A DNA stretch of 63,444 nt, counting the filler, from Saprolegnia diclina VS20 (taxonomy: Eukaryota): the NCBI RefSeq assembly GCF_000281045.1. It is 4 parts of 3 records of this genome, joined end to end, with 100 filler letters (N's around TTAATTAATTAA, not from the genome) between each part and the next. Parts side by side here need not be neighbours in the genome. Positions count along the whole stretch, not along the records: positions 1 to 18,721 come from NW_008246074.1; positions 18,822 to 31,263 come from NW_008246075.1; 2 more parts are not named here. One strand, given 5' to 3'. Below the pieces are notes generated by a model that was not told the DNA's origin, made no database searches, and saw nothing but the letters and a program-made list of their open reading frames with translations. This document shows, piece by piece, positions 11,983 through 23,442 of the stretch; positions within the stretch are counted from its first letter, which is position 1, and each line of letters opens with the position of its first letter. The position numbers and the translations under genes were made by a program.

Positions 11983-14900
11983 CTACTGCGTCGCCAGAAG
12001 CGCCGACGCCACCACGATGCGCGGGCGGCCGCAGAGACCGACGCTCTCGCACGCGGTCGCGGGACTCGCACCGGCCTCGAGGGCTGCGACGAGCTTCTCA
12101 AACGACTCGTTGACCGCATCGCACTACCCGTAGCCATGAGCTATGAGATAGCAGTCAAGAATGGGAATCGGTACCTCGACGGCCGGCGGGAGCACGCTGC
12201 ACATGGTCGCGATCGCTTCGCGCAGCTTGGGCAGCTGCGACTTGTCGACTTGGGCGACGGCCGCGATCGACGTCGCCGCGTACTTGCAAAAGAGACAGCC
12301 TTCCTGCGTCGTCACCGACTCGGGGTGCGCCATCCACTGGGCGACACGCGCCTCGAGGGCAAGGACCTCCGGTTGCGCAATCGGCTTGGCAGCGCAGAGC
12401 ACGACCTTGGCGCACGCCACGTTGGGCGGCTTGCCCCCTTCAATCAGCTCGGCGAGCGTGTCAAACTTGGTCACGATCGCATTGCACTGGAAGCATAGTT
12501 AGTCGCAAAACCACTCGCCAACGCATCGAGTAGTCGTACCTGCTCGTCAATGCCCGTGCCTTGCATACGGGCGCAGAGCACCTCGAGGCCTTCCTTCACG
12601 AGCGGAATGAGGTCCGGCGAGAACGACTGGACTTGGAGAATGACTTCGCCCGTGTACTCGCAGAGAAGGCACCCAATCAGGTCGTTCTTGCCAACGAGAC
12701 TCTTGGTCTTGGTCTCGAGCACGGCCAGCTGCTGCATCACAAACGCCTGGCGCGCTTCCACGTTGGAGTGCGTGGTCGCTTGGTCGCAAAAATGCAATTT
12801 GGCACAGGCGTCGGTCGCACTCATGCCACTGTCGACAAGCGACGCCAGCTCATCAAACTGCGCAACGACCGCATGGCACTAAGCACCACAATAAGACGAC
12901 ATATTCGACGGGCACGACGGGATTACCTCGTCCGGGAACATAATTTGGCCGCACATGACCTCCATACCTTCCTTGACGAGCGGCACCAAGTCCTTCGAGA
13001 CTGCGCCCACTCGCACAATGGCGTACGCCGTGTACGAGCACGTAATGCACTCGATCACGTCTTCTTGCGCATGCGTCGTCTTGCCGTCGACGACTGCCAG
13101 CAACTTGGCCTCGAACTGCGCCATCTCTGTCGCGAGAAGCGCCATGCGCGCGCTGCAGAGCGCCACCTTGCGGCACGCCGCGTCCGGGGTCGCGCCGCTT
13201 TCAATCACCGACGCAATCGCATCAAACTTGGCGACGACCGCGTTGCACTAGAACAACACATCTCAAATAGCCGTCGACTCGACGCAAACCGCCTACCTCG
13301 TCTTCAAACTGGGGCATTAGGGTACGGCTGCACAAGGTAGCCAGATCTTTCTTGAGAAGGGGCAGCAGGTCTTGCGAGTAGTCGCCAACGCGCTTGATGA
13401 CTCGCGCCACGTATTCGCACAAGGCGCACGCGACTTGGCCGTTCACGTCACTCGGCGTAGTGGCCACAAGGACTGCACGGACGCGCGTCTCGAGCGCCGC
13501 CACTTCCTTCGAGACCGCAATCGCTGCGTCGCACAGCTGGACCTTGCGGCACGCATCGTGGGCCGCCGCGCCGTTTTCAACGAGGTCGGCCAAGCGATCA
13601 AACTTGGCGACAACCGCGTTGCACTCGTCCTGAAACTCGGGCACTTGGATGCGACCGCACACGAGCTCCATGCCTTCTTTGACGAGCGGCACCAAGTCCT
13701 TCGAGTACGCGCTTACTTGCGCAATGAGCTCGGCCGTGTACTCGCAAAAGAGGCACTGGATCTCGTCTTCCTTGGGCGACGCGCCGTGCACAATCGCCGT
13801 CACCTTGGCCTCCAGTTGCGCGAGCGCCTTCTGCGGCAAGGCGGGAAGGCGCTGGGCGGCGCAGAGCTCAACGTTGCGGCAGGCCACGGTCGGGCCCGTG
13901 CCGTCTTCGATGAGCGACGCCAGCTTATCAAAGACAGCGACCACTGCGTTGCACTAATATCGCAATGTTATGGTCAGCATGAGAACGGGCTGAAGACACT
14001 TACCTCGGATTGAAAGTCGGGCTCGGGCACTTGGGTGCACAAGAGCTGCATGCCCTGCTTGACCATGGGCACCATGTCCGTCGAGTACTCGGCGACGCGG
14101 GCAATGACCTGCGCCGTGTACTCACACAAGAGGCATTCGATCTCGTCCTGCGACGCCGACGCAAAGGGCACGACCGCCAGCGACGACACCGGCCGCGGCG
14201 AGCACATGTTGATCGTCTCGCACGTCACCTCGGGCGTCTTGCCTTGCTGGACGAGTTGCGCGAGCGTATCGAATTGCGCGTCCATGACATCGCACTACCC
14301 TCGCAACGCGTGAGACATTCATCATCACCATGCAAGGTCGTGGTACCTGCGCCTGCGCCGGCAGCGCACTGCACATGATCGCAATCCCTTGCTTGACCGT
14401 CGGCAGCGTGGCCGTGCCGCCTTGCTGAATCGCCGACGCCACGACACCGGCCGTGTACTCGCAGAACGAGCAGCCCAAGTACGTCGGCTCAGTGTCATAG
14501 CCGCACGCCTTGACAGCCGCGCACGCCTCGTCGACCGAGGATCCCGCGCGGAACTCGTTGGCAAGAGCGTCAAACGTCGCCGTCATAAACTTGCACTAGA
14601 AGAGGGTGTGAGACGGAGGGTGCTAGACGGACGAAAAAACGTACGCTCACAGCGTCGGGCGCGAGGCGGCACACCGACTGGATGCCCGTCTTGTACAGCT
14701 CGAGGCCGTGCGGCGAGTCGGCAAACTGCTGCATGATGCGCCCGTTGTCACGGCAGATCGTGCAAAGCTCGCCACTATAACGAGACGCCGAGGCGGCGAC
14801 AGCAGGAAGTTGCTCAATGTGGTGCACATCGAGGGGCTTGGGCAAAGCGTGGTCGTGGCGCTTCTTGTGGTGCTTGGCAGCGCAGAGCTTGATCTTCTTG

Positions 14901-15502
14901 CAAATGCGCTTGGGCGAGAAGCCTTCCTTGATCCACTCGACAATGTCATCGAAGCGGTCCTCAAGCACCTTGCACTTGGTCGCTTCGGGGAGGTACCGGC
15001 ACAAGATATTGAGGCCTTGCTGAATGAGCTGGACCGCGAGCTCTTCCTTCTTGAGCGTGTCTTCAATCAGCTCGGTCGTGCGCTGGCAAAGCTCGCACGA
15101 GTCGATACCTACGCCGTTAAGCGTGTTGGCGGTCGCTTGCGTCCAGAACGGGCGCCACGCGCACACCATCGTCGGGTCCTTCAAGCCGTGGTCAATCATG
15201 GCCTGCACCTCGGGCGAGCTCTGCACGGCCAAGCACGCCTCCACTTGGTCTTCCGTAAAGAGGCCAAAGCGACCACGGCATGGCGTGAGCGAGAGCGACT
15301 CGAGCACGTTCGCCAGCACCGAGTCGTCGGTGCCGCCCTCGCCGACCAGGCTAGCCACGGCCGTCTCGCAGGGGTCTTCGACCTCGCCGGCGAGGAAGGT
15401 CTCGACGCGGACGAAGGTCTTGTCGACGACCTTGTCAATCCAGTCGCCTTGGGCGGTCCGCGGGATGAGCCCCGCGAGCAGCGCGACTGAGATGAGCTTC
15501 AT
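11983..15502 (-). CDS. Secreted multi-saposin-B (prosaposin-like) protein with 9 clear SapB domains plus a possible degenerate N-terminal one
   Basis: Signal peptide MKLISVALLAGLIPRTAQG. Nine CxxC...C...C...P..xC..xxxC six-cysteine units across spliced exons. Stop TAG at 11983-11985. Confidence 0.88.
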
Positions 15503-16611
15503 TGATGGCCCCTCTCTCAACTTTCGAAAATGTTCTTCCGACCGAAAAAAGATCGGGGGCAAGTTTACGCGCTAAGTTCCGATCTCACATACAACAACGC
15601 TGTTGTCTCGATCAAGTGCGTTTTTTGGCTCGTCAAATGCAAGCAACATACAAATAAATAGGTCAACAATCGCACTTGAACGAGAGCCGTCGTTAATCGG
15701 GAGCACCGCGCAGTTGCTTGAACTGGCCCAAGATCGCAACTGGCCGCCCGTGCATCCCACGCGCTTGCACCTGGATACACGGGTCGCCATGAGCATGAGG
15801 TCGACGCATTCGGAATGAGCGTATAGTCGAGCTACATAACTGCTTATAAATTGGCATCAGGATTATTTTACCTGCAGATCTCGGATGATGGAGAGGAAGC
15901 GCGAGCAAAAAAGCTGCAAAGATCTTTGCGACTCGCTGCTTTGTTGGCCAGTTTTGATATGCTGGTTCGACAAATAGGTCGAGTGAATGCGGTCCAGCAT
16001 TCATTCTTAAGATATAAAACCGCAGCGCGGTCATCTCCGAATTGGCTGTTGGCGGTCCCAGTGGTGAAAATAGATTATTCATCCCTCTATTATGTACCCC
16101 TGGGTGGTCCTTGTCGTCCATATGAGCCGCAACATGCGTAGACACGCGTGCGTCTGCAGTAGCGGTAGCTGTGCAGTGATGCAGCAAAGAATGCACGCCA
16201 TCCTTCTGAGGTGCCGATTGGCTACGTATACACCAATCGGGTCGCGACCGAGCTCGCTTGTTAAGTGCGATATGTGGATTCAGAATACAACTACTGCTCG
16301 GGCCTCGTCACAGCGCACGCCGCGTGCCTTATGAAGCCGGCATCAACGGATCTAGTGGTGATGGTAAGCTGTCCTCCAGCTTTTACGCCGGCGTTCAATA
16401 GTTTAACTCGTTCTTGTAACAATTTGTCTTTAGGAGCTCTTTAACCGCTCCTCACGCCCTTGCTCGCGACCAAGCGCAAGCGTCAAACGTGAGCAAGTCA
16501 ATTGGAGTAGTGGAGCTAACAACAACAATCAAATATATATGAAGCACCCATTCCACCACAGAAATCTGGATCGCACGGCTTACATCTCTGACGACCCATC
16601 GTCGACGAGGC

Positions 16612-16774
16612 TTCGAAACCTTTCGTTTTGCGCGGCAGACGATCGAAGCACGCTCGTTTGTTAACAGTATTTGACATCCCTCTGGCAGCTATTCCAAATG
16701 CGATAGTGTAGACCGGTGCCTGCCGTGGTCGTCGCTTGTGCCCTTTGCTGACATGCTCAACCACAACAACCACC
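16612..16774 (+). pseudogene. Inverted fragment of the SET-domain gene at 28222-29629
   Basis: Matches the reverse complement of ~28862-29022 (FETFRFA..., intron, RCLPWSSLVPFADMLNHNNH) with substitutions. Confidence 0.8.
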
Positions 16775-16902
16775 AACAATGAGCGCAACGACGTACTTCA
16801 GAATTACGGCGTATTCCAGTAGGAAATGAAGCGGGGAGTCCGATGATGTCCTTAAATTGCTCGAAATCGCTCTGCATCCTACCGAAATCGCGCAAAGCTC
16901 TT

Positions 16903-17002
16903 NNNNNNNNNNNNNNNNNNNNNNNNNNNNNNNNNNNNNNNNNNNNNNNNNNNNNNNNNNNNNNNNNNNNNNNNNNNNNNNNNNNNNNNNNNNNNNNNNN
17001 NN
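16903..17002. other. Assembly gap (100 N)
   Basis: N run. Confidence 0.99.
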
Positions 17003-17856
17003 CCCTCTATTATGTACCCCTGGGTGGTCCTTGTCGTCCATATGAGCCGCAACATGCGTAGACACGCGTGCGTCTGCAGTAGCGGTAGCTGTGCAGTGAT
17101 GCAGCAAAGAATGCACGCCATCCTTCGGAGGTGCCGATTGGCTGCGTACCATTTGCGACCGAGCTCGCTCGTTAAGTGCGATATATGGATTCAGAATTAT
17201 ACTACCTTTTTATAAGCCACGTACCTATTCGAGACAAGTCGCACTTGACAGATCATATACTCGACCGTTTTGGCGCGCTTCCCGGTCGGATCGGAACGAA
17301 TTGCCTTTTCACAGTGCTTGCGAGACCACCTTGCTCTGGTACAGACAGGACAACCACTCTTCATTACAACGCATTCGCTCAAAAGCGTCAACGGATCTAG
17401 TGATAGTAAGCGGTTCTCCAGCTTTTACGCCGGCGTTCAATAGTTTAACTCGTTCTTGTAACAATTTGTCTTTAGGAGCTCTTTAACCGCTGCTCACGCG
17501 CTTGCTCGCGACCAAGCGCAAGCGTCAAACGTGAGCAAGTCGATTGGAGTAGTGGAGCTAACAACAATAATCAAATATATATGAAGCGCCACGGGCCTCA
17601 CCCGCGGCCACAAGTGGCGTAGGGCGACGACAGAAGAGCCAGACGAGCTCCCGCGCCGCCGCCTGCGCAGCCACGGACCGGCGAGCGAATGAAGAAGAAG
17701 GAGATTGCTCGTCTCTACGTATGCGAAGTCTTTGTGTAATTATGAAGATAACGCGAAACACGTTCATATATATATATATATATATGAAGCGCCCATTCCA
17801 CCACAGAAATCTGGATCGCACGGCTTACATCTCGGACGACCCATCGTCGACGAGGC

Positions 17857-18432
17857 TTCGAAACCTTTCGTTTTGCGTGGCAGACGATCGAAGCACGCTC
17901 GTTTGTTACCGGTATTTGACATTCCTCTGGCAGCTATTCCAAATGCGATAGTGTAGGCCGGTGCCACGCCATCATGTATGCGTACGAGAACAAGACGTTC
18001 GAGTGGCACTCGTCCATCGGGTACAAGCGCGGCGACTAAGTCTCCAACCGATACGGTCGGCGCCTCAACCGTACAACATCGATGCTAAGCTTATCGCGTA
18101 TACATTTCAAAGCTTGCACTAGACCAACTGTTGCTCCACTACGGGTTTGCGCTGCGTGAAAACGCTGTGACTATATCGACATGGACCTGCATCTCGCGGC
18201 GTCGTACCCGAGTGCCTTGTCCAAGACGGAGCGCCGCGCGGTCCTCAGCAAGGCGCACCTTGTGCCGTTCAAGACCCACTTCCGTCTTACGAACGACACG
18301 TCCGTTGCGTCACTGCTACCGTATTTTTGCTGCCATTTCTTGACGGCGCACTGCGAGGACGTTGATGTCTCGTGCCCGATATCGGACGTCCGCGTCGAAA
18401 CAAGAGTCATTATGGTCCATATCGAGGTGCTG
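17857..18432 (+). pseudogene. Second, longer inverted fragment of the SET-domain gene
   Basis: Matches the reverse complement of ~28403-29022 with an internal deletion, an in-frame TAA at ~18037 and a frameshift. ORF 18181 reproduces HLAASYPSALSKTERRAVLSKAHL...IEVL. Confidence 0.85.
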
Positions 18433-18721
18433 ACGCGCCGTGCGTCGAGGGTGCAATTCGGGAGCACCGAGCCCCTCGACATTTCAATTTCCGAGAGCCT
18501 CCAATTTGCCAAAACGAAGTTGCGAACGCGGAGTGAGGGCTACAACGTCCGGGACGAGATGTGGGAAGCTATGATAAAGCTCAGCGGCATTCGCAACCAA
18601 CACAATGAGCGCAACGACGTAATAAAGATTACGGCGGATTCCAGTAGGAAATGAAGCGGGGAGTCCGATGCTGTCGTTATAGTGCTCGAAATCGCTCTGC
18701 ATCCTACCGAAATCGCGCAAA

Positions 18722-18821
18722 NNNNNNNNNNNNNNNNNNNNNNNNNNNNNNNNNNNNNNNNNNNNTTAATTAATTAANNNNNNNNNNNNNNNNNNNNNNN
18801 NNNNNNNNNNNNNNNNNNNNN
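18722..18821. other. Assembly gap with artificial TTAATTAATTAA six-frame-stop linker
   Basis: N44-TTAATTAATTAA-N44; the same construct occurs at 31264-31363 and 61767-61866. Confidence 0.97.
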
Positions 18822-19562
18822 GAAATGCGATAGCGAAATTTGGTGCTCGAGGTGGAATCATTGCGAGCGAGAGCCCGAGAGTAGATTGACCACCTGCACA
18901 AGAGTCCCATGGAAATGCGTCGGGACAAAGCGCTTGGGCACCGTGGCTGTGGCGGCGTCGTCTCATTTCGCGGACGCTCGGTCGCAAGAATCCCTGAGCG
19001 AGATGGACCGTCCAGTTTGAAGGTTCTAGCTCAACGTGACAAACAAAGGAGGCTACTTCTACCACCCAGCTCGACCACCCCGTGTACAAGCGAATCGCTT
19101 GTCAGCTGCCCACGCGGTGCACCGGATTGTATTTTGGTTGTGTGGATGCGCGTGCGTTGCAAAACAAACCAGATGGGATGGCCTCCAGCCTGCCACGTCA
19201 TGACCCTACTCATGAGGAGCACGACATACCACACAAGGCGAAAGAACTTGCCCGCCCGCCGGTGTGCAGCTCTGCCGATGACGCTGTGCTGATCGCTCCA
19301 AGCACAAGCGTCGATGGCGGCGCATCATAGAGCGAAACGCGATGCGCGAGGGGTAATGCGGGGTTCGATCCGCGCTTGCGCCAATGCGCTACGTCGTCTG
19401 GCGGCAGCTGCCACGAGGACTGTGGGGCAAGGGCGTTCCACTCTACTACACCATACAAACAGCAAAATGAAATACGGCGGCCGCTTGGTTTCTTGAAAAG
19501 TACGTGGCACCTCTAGCTGTCGGTTCTTGAACAAACGATCGATGCGCTCACTTCGCAATTGG
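18822..19562 (+). repeat. Outer inverted repeat, left copy (upstream region of gene A)
   Basis: Reverse complement of 24401-25135 apart from a few substitutions, a 1-nt indel (~19276) and a 7-nt indel (ggcacct, ~19506). Left end is cut by a gap. Confidence 0.95.
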
Positions 19563-19564
19563 TT

Positions 19565-20458
19565 ATGGACCTCAGAGTGTGTTTTGAAAACTTCGACAAC
19601 GTGACGCCCGGCGCCCCTCGCGTCTTCCTTTACGAGGTACTCTCGAACGCGCTGGCGAGCGCCATTGCGCGCATGCACGGCGAAGGCGTTTGGGTCACGC
19701 CGGCCACGCACAACTTTTTGGTCTTCTTCAAGATGCTCTTGACCTGGCAAGCGCTTAACAACCACGTGGCGACGGCGACGGACGACGAGATGCCGGCCGC
19801 GTCTCGGTGCCGTTGGCTGAACTTGGTCAAGGCAGGCCTTTACGAGACAGTGCCGGACATGGAGATGGTCCCAGGCAGCGATTTTTGCAACGCGATCTTG
19901 AGGCGGCCACCGCACCCCGTCGACGATGTAAAGCCTGCACCGCTGGCTTTTTACGACCGCCTTGCCATCTTTTTGTTTCCATCAACGCTGCCGGGCTCGA
20001 CAAGTACGTTTGACATCGACGAGTTGGCGCGACACAAGGAGCTCGACCTTCGCTTCCTTGTGCTGTTGACGAACCGCCGCGTCGAAACGATGGGCCGGCT
20101 TCCAGAGTGGGCTCTTACGTTTGACGCGGACCTCGTGTATGACTTGGTCAAGCTCATCACAGGCAGACAACTCATCATTTCCGACGACATGGTCACGCGC
20201 GCTGCCGACTCGTTCCAGCATTTTGTATTTCCCGTCTTCTTTCCGCCGCGATTGCCTGGCGCCTACCGCCCGTTCACTGCGCCGGCTGCGCTCCCGGTCC
20301 TCGACGCAGCGGCGGTCATGGAGCTCTTGCGCGCGGCGTTCGAAGCGCGCGACCAAGAGATTGCGAGCCACGAGCAAGAGCGTGGGCAATATCTCTCGAC
20401 AATCGAGCGTCTTATGAGCCAACTCGCCGACTACGAAGAAGAAGAGACAAAGGAGTGA
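19565..20458 (+). CDS. Unknown protein A (~297 aa), C-terminal coiled coil; paralog of protein B
   Basis: Intact intronless ORF, ATG 19565 to TGA 20458. Aligns by eye with 23301-24398 (FLVFFKMLLTWQAL, RWLNLVKAGLYE, LRFLVLLTNR, LPEWALTFDA). Confidence 0.8.
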   Translation: MDLRVCFENFDNVTPGAPRVFLYEVLSNALASAIARMHGEGVWVTPATHNFLVFFKMLLTWQALNNHVATATDDEMPAASRCRWLNLVKAGLYETVPDMEMVPGSDFCNAILRRPPHPVDDVKPAPLAFYDRLAIFLFPSTLPGSTSTFDIDELARHKELDLRFLVLLTNRRVETMGRLPEWALTFDADLVYDLVKLITGRQLIISDDMVTRAADSFQHFVFPVFFPPRLPGAYRPFTAPAALPVLDAAAVMELLRAAFEARDQEIASHEQERGQYLSTIERLMSQLADYEEEETKE

Positions 20459-20877
20459 GCTCTCTCGCTTCTGCAACTTGTGTATATGAGTTGTCGGGCC
20501 TCGTGTAATGACTTCCTAATCAATACATGTCGTGTTATGCTTGTTTTCGTTCTCTCTGCAGTGTTGATGGTGGGATGGTAAGAACTTCGCCAAGCCGACG
20601 CAAAACGCCGCGCGCACAACGGATGCGACACCATCCACGTTGCGCATGTTGGTGACGACAACGTGTTGTGGTACAGCGTGACTTCGTCGACGATGAAGAC
20701 CCAGTTCGAGATGGCCTCGGCGATAATGCGTCGAGATCCGAGCCACTGTACTTAAGCATGTTGGCGAACACCAGCCGCCAAGGGCAAACCAGAACTGGCA
20801 ATCCTTGATCTTGAGCTACGCGTTGCACCGCGAGCGCTGCTTGCCTCGGCGCGTGTTGCCGACCGCGTCAAAGGCGT
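20317..20877 (+). repeat. Inner inverted repeat, left copy (last ~46 codons of A plus ~420 bp of 3' region)
   Basis: Reverse complement of 22882-23442. Overlapping ORF translations from the two copies are identical in the ORF track. Confidence 0.95.
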
Positions 20878-20929
20878 CATCACACACCAGGGTAGATCCC
20901 AGGACTTCCTGGATTCCTGGATGGCGTCG

Positions 20930-22500
20930 GCGACGCAGTAGGTCAAGAGTGCGTGTCCAGGCAGGAGAATTGTCATGGCCGTGCTGGGCGCGCGACCTTT
21001 GCAAAGCTTAGCAATACATATGTATGTGTGTGGTTGAGCGCATGCTGAACGATCGATCGCAATCGATGGGAGCTCGACCAAGATCGGCTTGAGCGTCTTG
21101 AGCACCGGTTGCGCATGAGCACCTCGACCGTTCGCCACGGGCGAGACGTAGTGCTTACGCTTGTCCCCTCGTCAAAGGCAAGCCGGGACTAGAACAAACT
21201 CGCTCGCCTCACGGCGTCGGAACGCGGCAAGGGCAGAGGCGCGATCTCCACGCGAGGCCCGCCATGGTGTCGCAAAAGACTGCGATGCCGGCGAGTTGGC
21301 TTTGTATCACGCCAGAGTCATGACACGAGCACAATCGCACGAGCGGTACGGGAATTGGCCACAGCATCGAATAAAATTCGGATAAACCAACGTTTAACCG
21401 GACGCATGGTGCAGGAGCCAGGTGCAGCGACCGAAAGAACGCGCGCGCGGCTGGCCGACGCGACGACGCATGTCCAAGCGCGCCAGGAAGACGTCGCAAG
21501 CCGAACCGCATTGTCCGGGTGGCACCCCGCAGTGCGGAAGAGCCTTGGCAATCTTATCCGCCGGCATGGATACGACGCCGCGGTCCGAGTGCCAGTCAAG
21601 ACCGAGAGCATGGAGGTGCGTCGACCACGCCGTGACGCGCTGGTCATTGATGGCGTGCAGGCCCAACGTGAGTAGCAGCGTGAGGCCCAAGCACGTCTCG
21701 GCGGCAACCAGGTCGATCTCGATCATGATGTGATCGTCAAGTAGACGAAGAAGCGCTCGCCGTCCGACGTTACGGCCGGGTTGAGTGATATGGCGACGCG
21801 TTGATCACGACATACCATTGGCAACGACCGCGTAGGAAATGGGCGAGCCCGTCCAGCCGAACGGAGCGGTCATGTCGGCGCACGAACAGCAGGTAATTGG
21901 CAAACCAACGCGCATGGTCTGCGCGGGCGGCCACGTAACGCAGCCTTGATGTCACCGGCCATACCCATGACTCGAAATCCACCGAGCAGAGTCGTCGCTC
22001 GTGAATGCGCAGCTCGACGTTCGTGACACTGCACTATATGACGTCCGGAAGCACGCCGTGTTGAAGTTCGTCTCGGATATGTCGTGAATGATGCGGCCAT
22101 ACCCACGACAATATCGTTGTCTTTCTTCGCGACCACGTCAATGCCGGGCCTACGACGGAGGCAGGAGTCTGGAACGACGAGGTATATATGGACCGGCGTC
22201 TCGACCCGCCCGGATTCCATGGACCAGCGCCGCTAGGTACGTGAGAGCCGACTTGTGGTTGCGCGCCAGAGCGTCGGGCTGACCCAGTCTGGCGTAATGC
22301 CATGCGTGGCAATCGCCAGCACGGCGTCGCGGTGTACGTAGCCGGCGTAAAAAGATGCTAGCGTCGGGCCCCGGGTCTACGGACGAGGCGAATCGCGTCA
22401 GCCACGGCAAGGCTCTGGACATCTACTAGCTCCAGTGCCGCATCGCCTCGTGTAGCTGCGACCACGACGGACGGCGCGGACGGGTTGACTAAGGAACTGG
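20930..22500 (-). mobile_element. Decayed DIRS-type (tyrosine-recombinase) retrotransposon: RT, RNase H and possibly the N-terminus of the recombinase
   Basis: Ordered minus-strand motifs across shifting frames: GRIIHDIS (~22075-22098), MAGDIKAA (~21940-21965), APFGWTGSP (~21841-21868), LDDHIMIE (~21719-21742), WSTHLHALGLDWHSDRGVVSMPADKIAKAL, RPAARAFFRSLH, then LLPGHAL (~20950). Many stops and frameshifts. Confidence 0.75.
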
Positions 22501-22881
22501 TGGCGGGCAACGCAAAGGACAGCAAGAGCGGCGGGTGTAGCCAAAAGCGATAAAGCTAAATGCAAAATGATTGTCTAGGCTACTGCTGACTCATCGCGTC
22601 TATCTGGACGTTCAACATCCTGGCAGCGCTTCAAAGCACCACTTTGGATGCACCTCTCGTGAGTCAAGAGAGCCGCGTCACGCCCCACTGAAGACCAACC
22701 CAGCCCAAGGAAATGGCGTCCAAAGCGCAGAGATGTATATTATGGTCTTACGATAGTACGAGGAAATGAAATGTACAGAGGCCAGACGACGCAAGTGGCG
22801 GTGCGCGACAACTCACTCGATTGTCTCATCCACAGCGCCATCGCGTTGGAAGAGGAGCTGTCTGCGCTCGACGAGTCTCGC

Positions 22882-23442
22882 ACGCCTCTGACGCGGTCGG
22901 CAACACGCGCCGAGGCAAGCAGCGCTCGCGGTGCAACGCGTAGCTCAAGATCAAGGATTGCCAGTTCTGGTTTGCCCTTGGCGGCTGGTGTTCGCCAACA
23001 TGCTTAAGTACAGTGGCTCGGATCTCGACGCATTATCGCCGAGGCCATCTCGAACTGGGTCTTCATCGTCGACGAAGTCACGCTGTACCACAACACGTTG
23101 TCGTCACCAACATGCGCAACGTGGATGGTGTCGCATCCGTTGTGCGCGCGGCGTTTTGCGTCGGCTTGGCGAAGTTCTTACCATCCCACCATCAACACTG
23201 CAGAGAGAACGAAAACAAGCATAACACGACATGTATTGATTAGGAAGTCATTACACGAGGCCCGACAACTCATATACACAAGTTGCAGAAGCGAGAGAGC
23301 TCACTCCTTTGTCTCTTCTTCTTCGTAGTCGGCGAGTTGGCTCATAAGACGCTCGATTGTCGAGAGATATTGCCCACGCTCTTGCTCGTGGCTCGCAATC
23401 TCTTGGTCGCGCGCTTCGAACGCCGCGCGCACGAGCTCCATG
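22882..23442 (-). repeat. Inner inverted repeat, right copy
   Basis: Reverse complement of 20317-20877. Confidence 0.95.

Larger units (their letters stand above)
16083..18721. repeat. Mosaic local duplication block: two related versions either side of the 16903-17002 gap
   Basis: 16083-16260 ~ 17003-17200; 16345-16545 ~ 17390-17590; 16540-16720 ~ 17780-17965; 16777-16897 ~ 18603-18721. 17655-17770 also recurs at 25366-25490. (TA)n run at ~17766-17785. Confidence 0.85.

Noticed and set aside
18766..18777. TTAATTAATTAA palindrome occurring three times
   Set aside because: Always embedded in N runs; it is an artificial contig-joining linker with stops in all six frames.
18909..19496. Short ORFs inside the outer inverted repeat
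   Set aside because: The two copies differ by a frameshifting indel and no motifs are recognisable; treated as non-coding or decayed.
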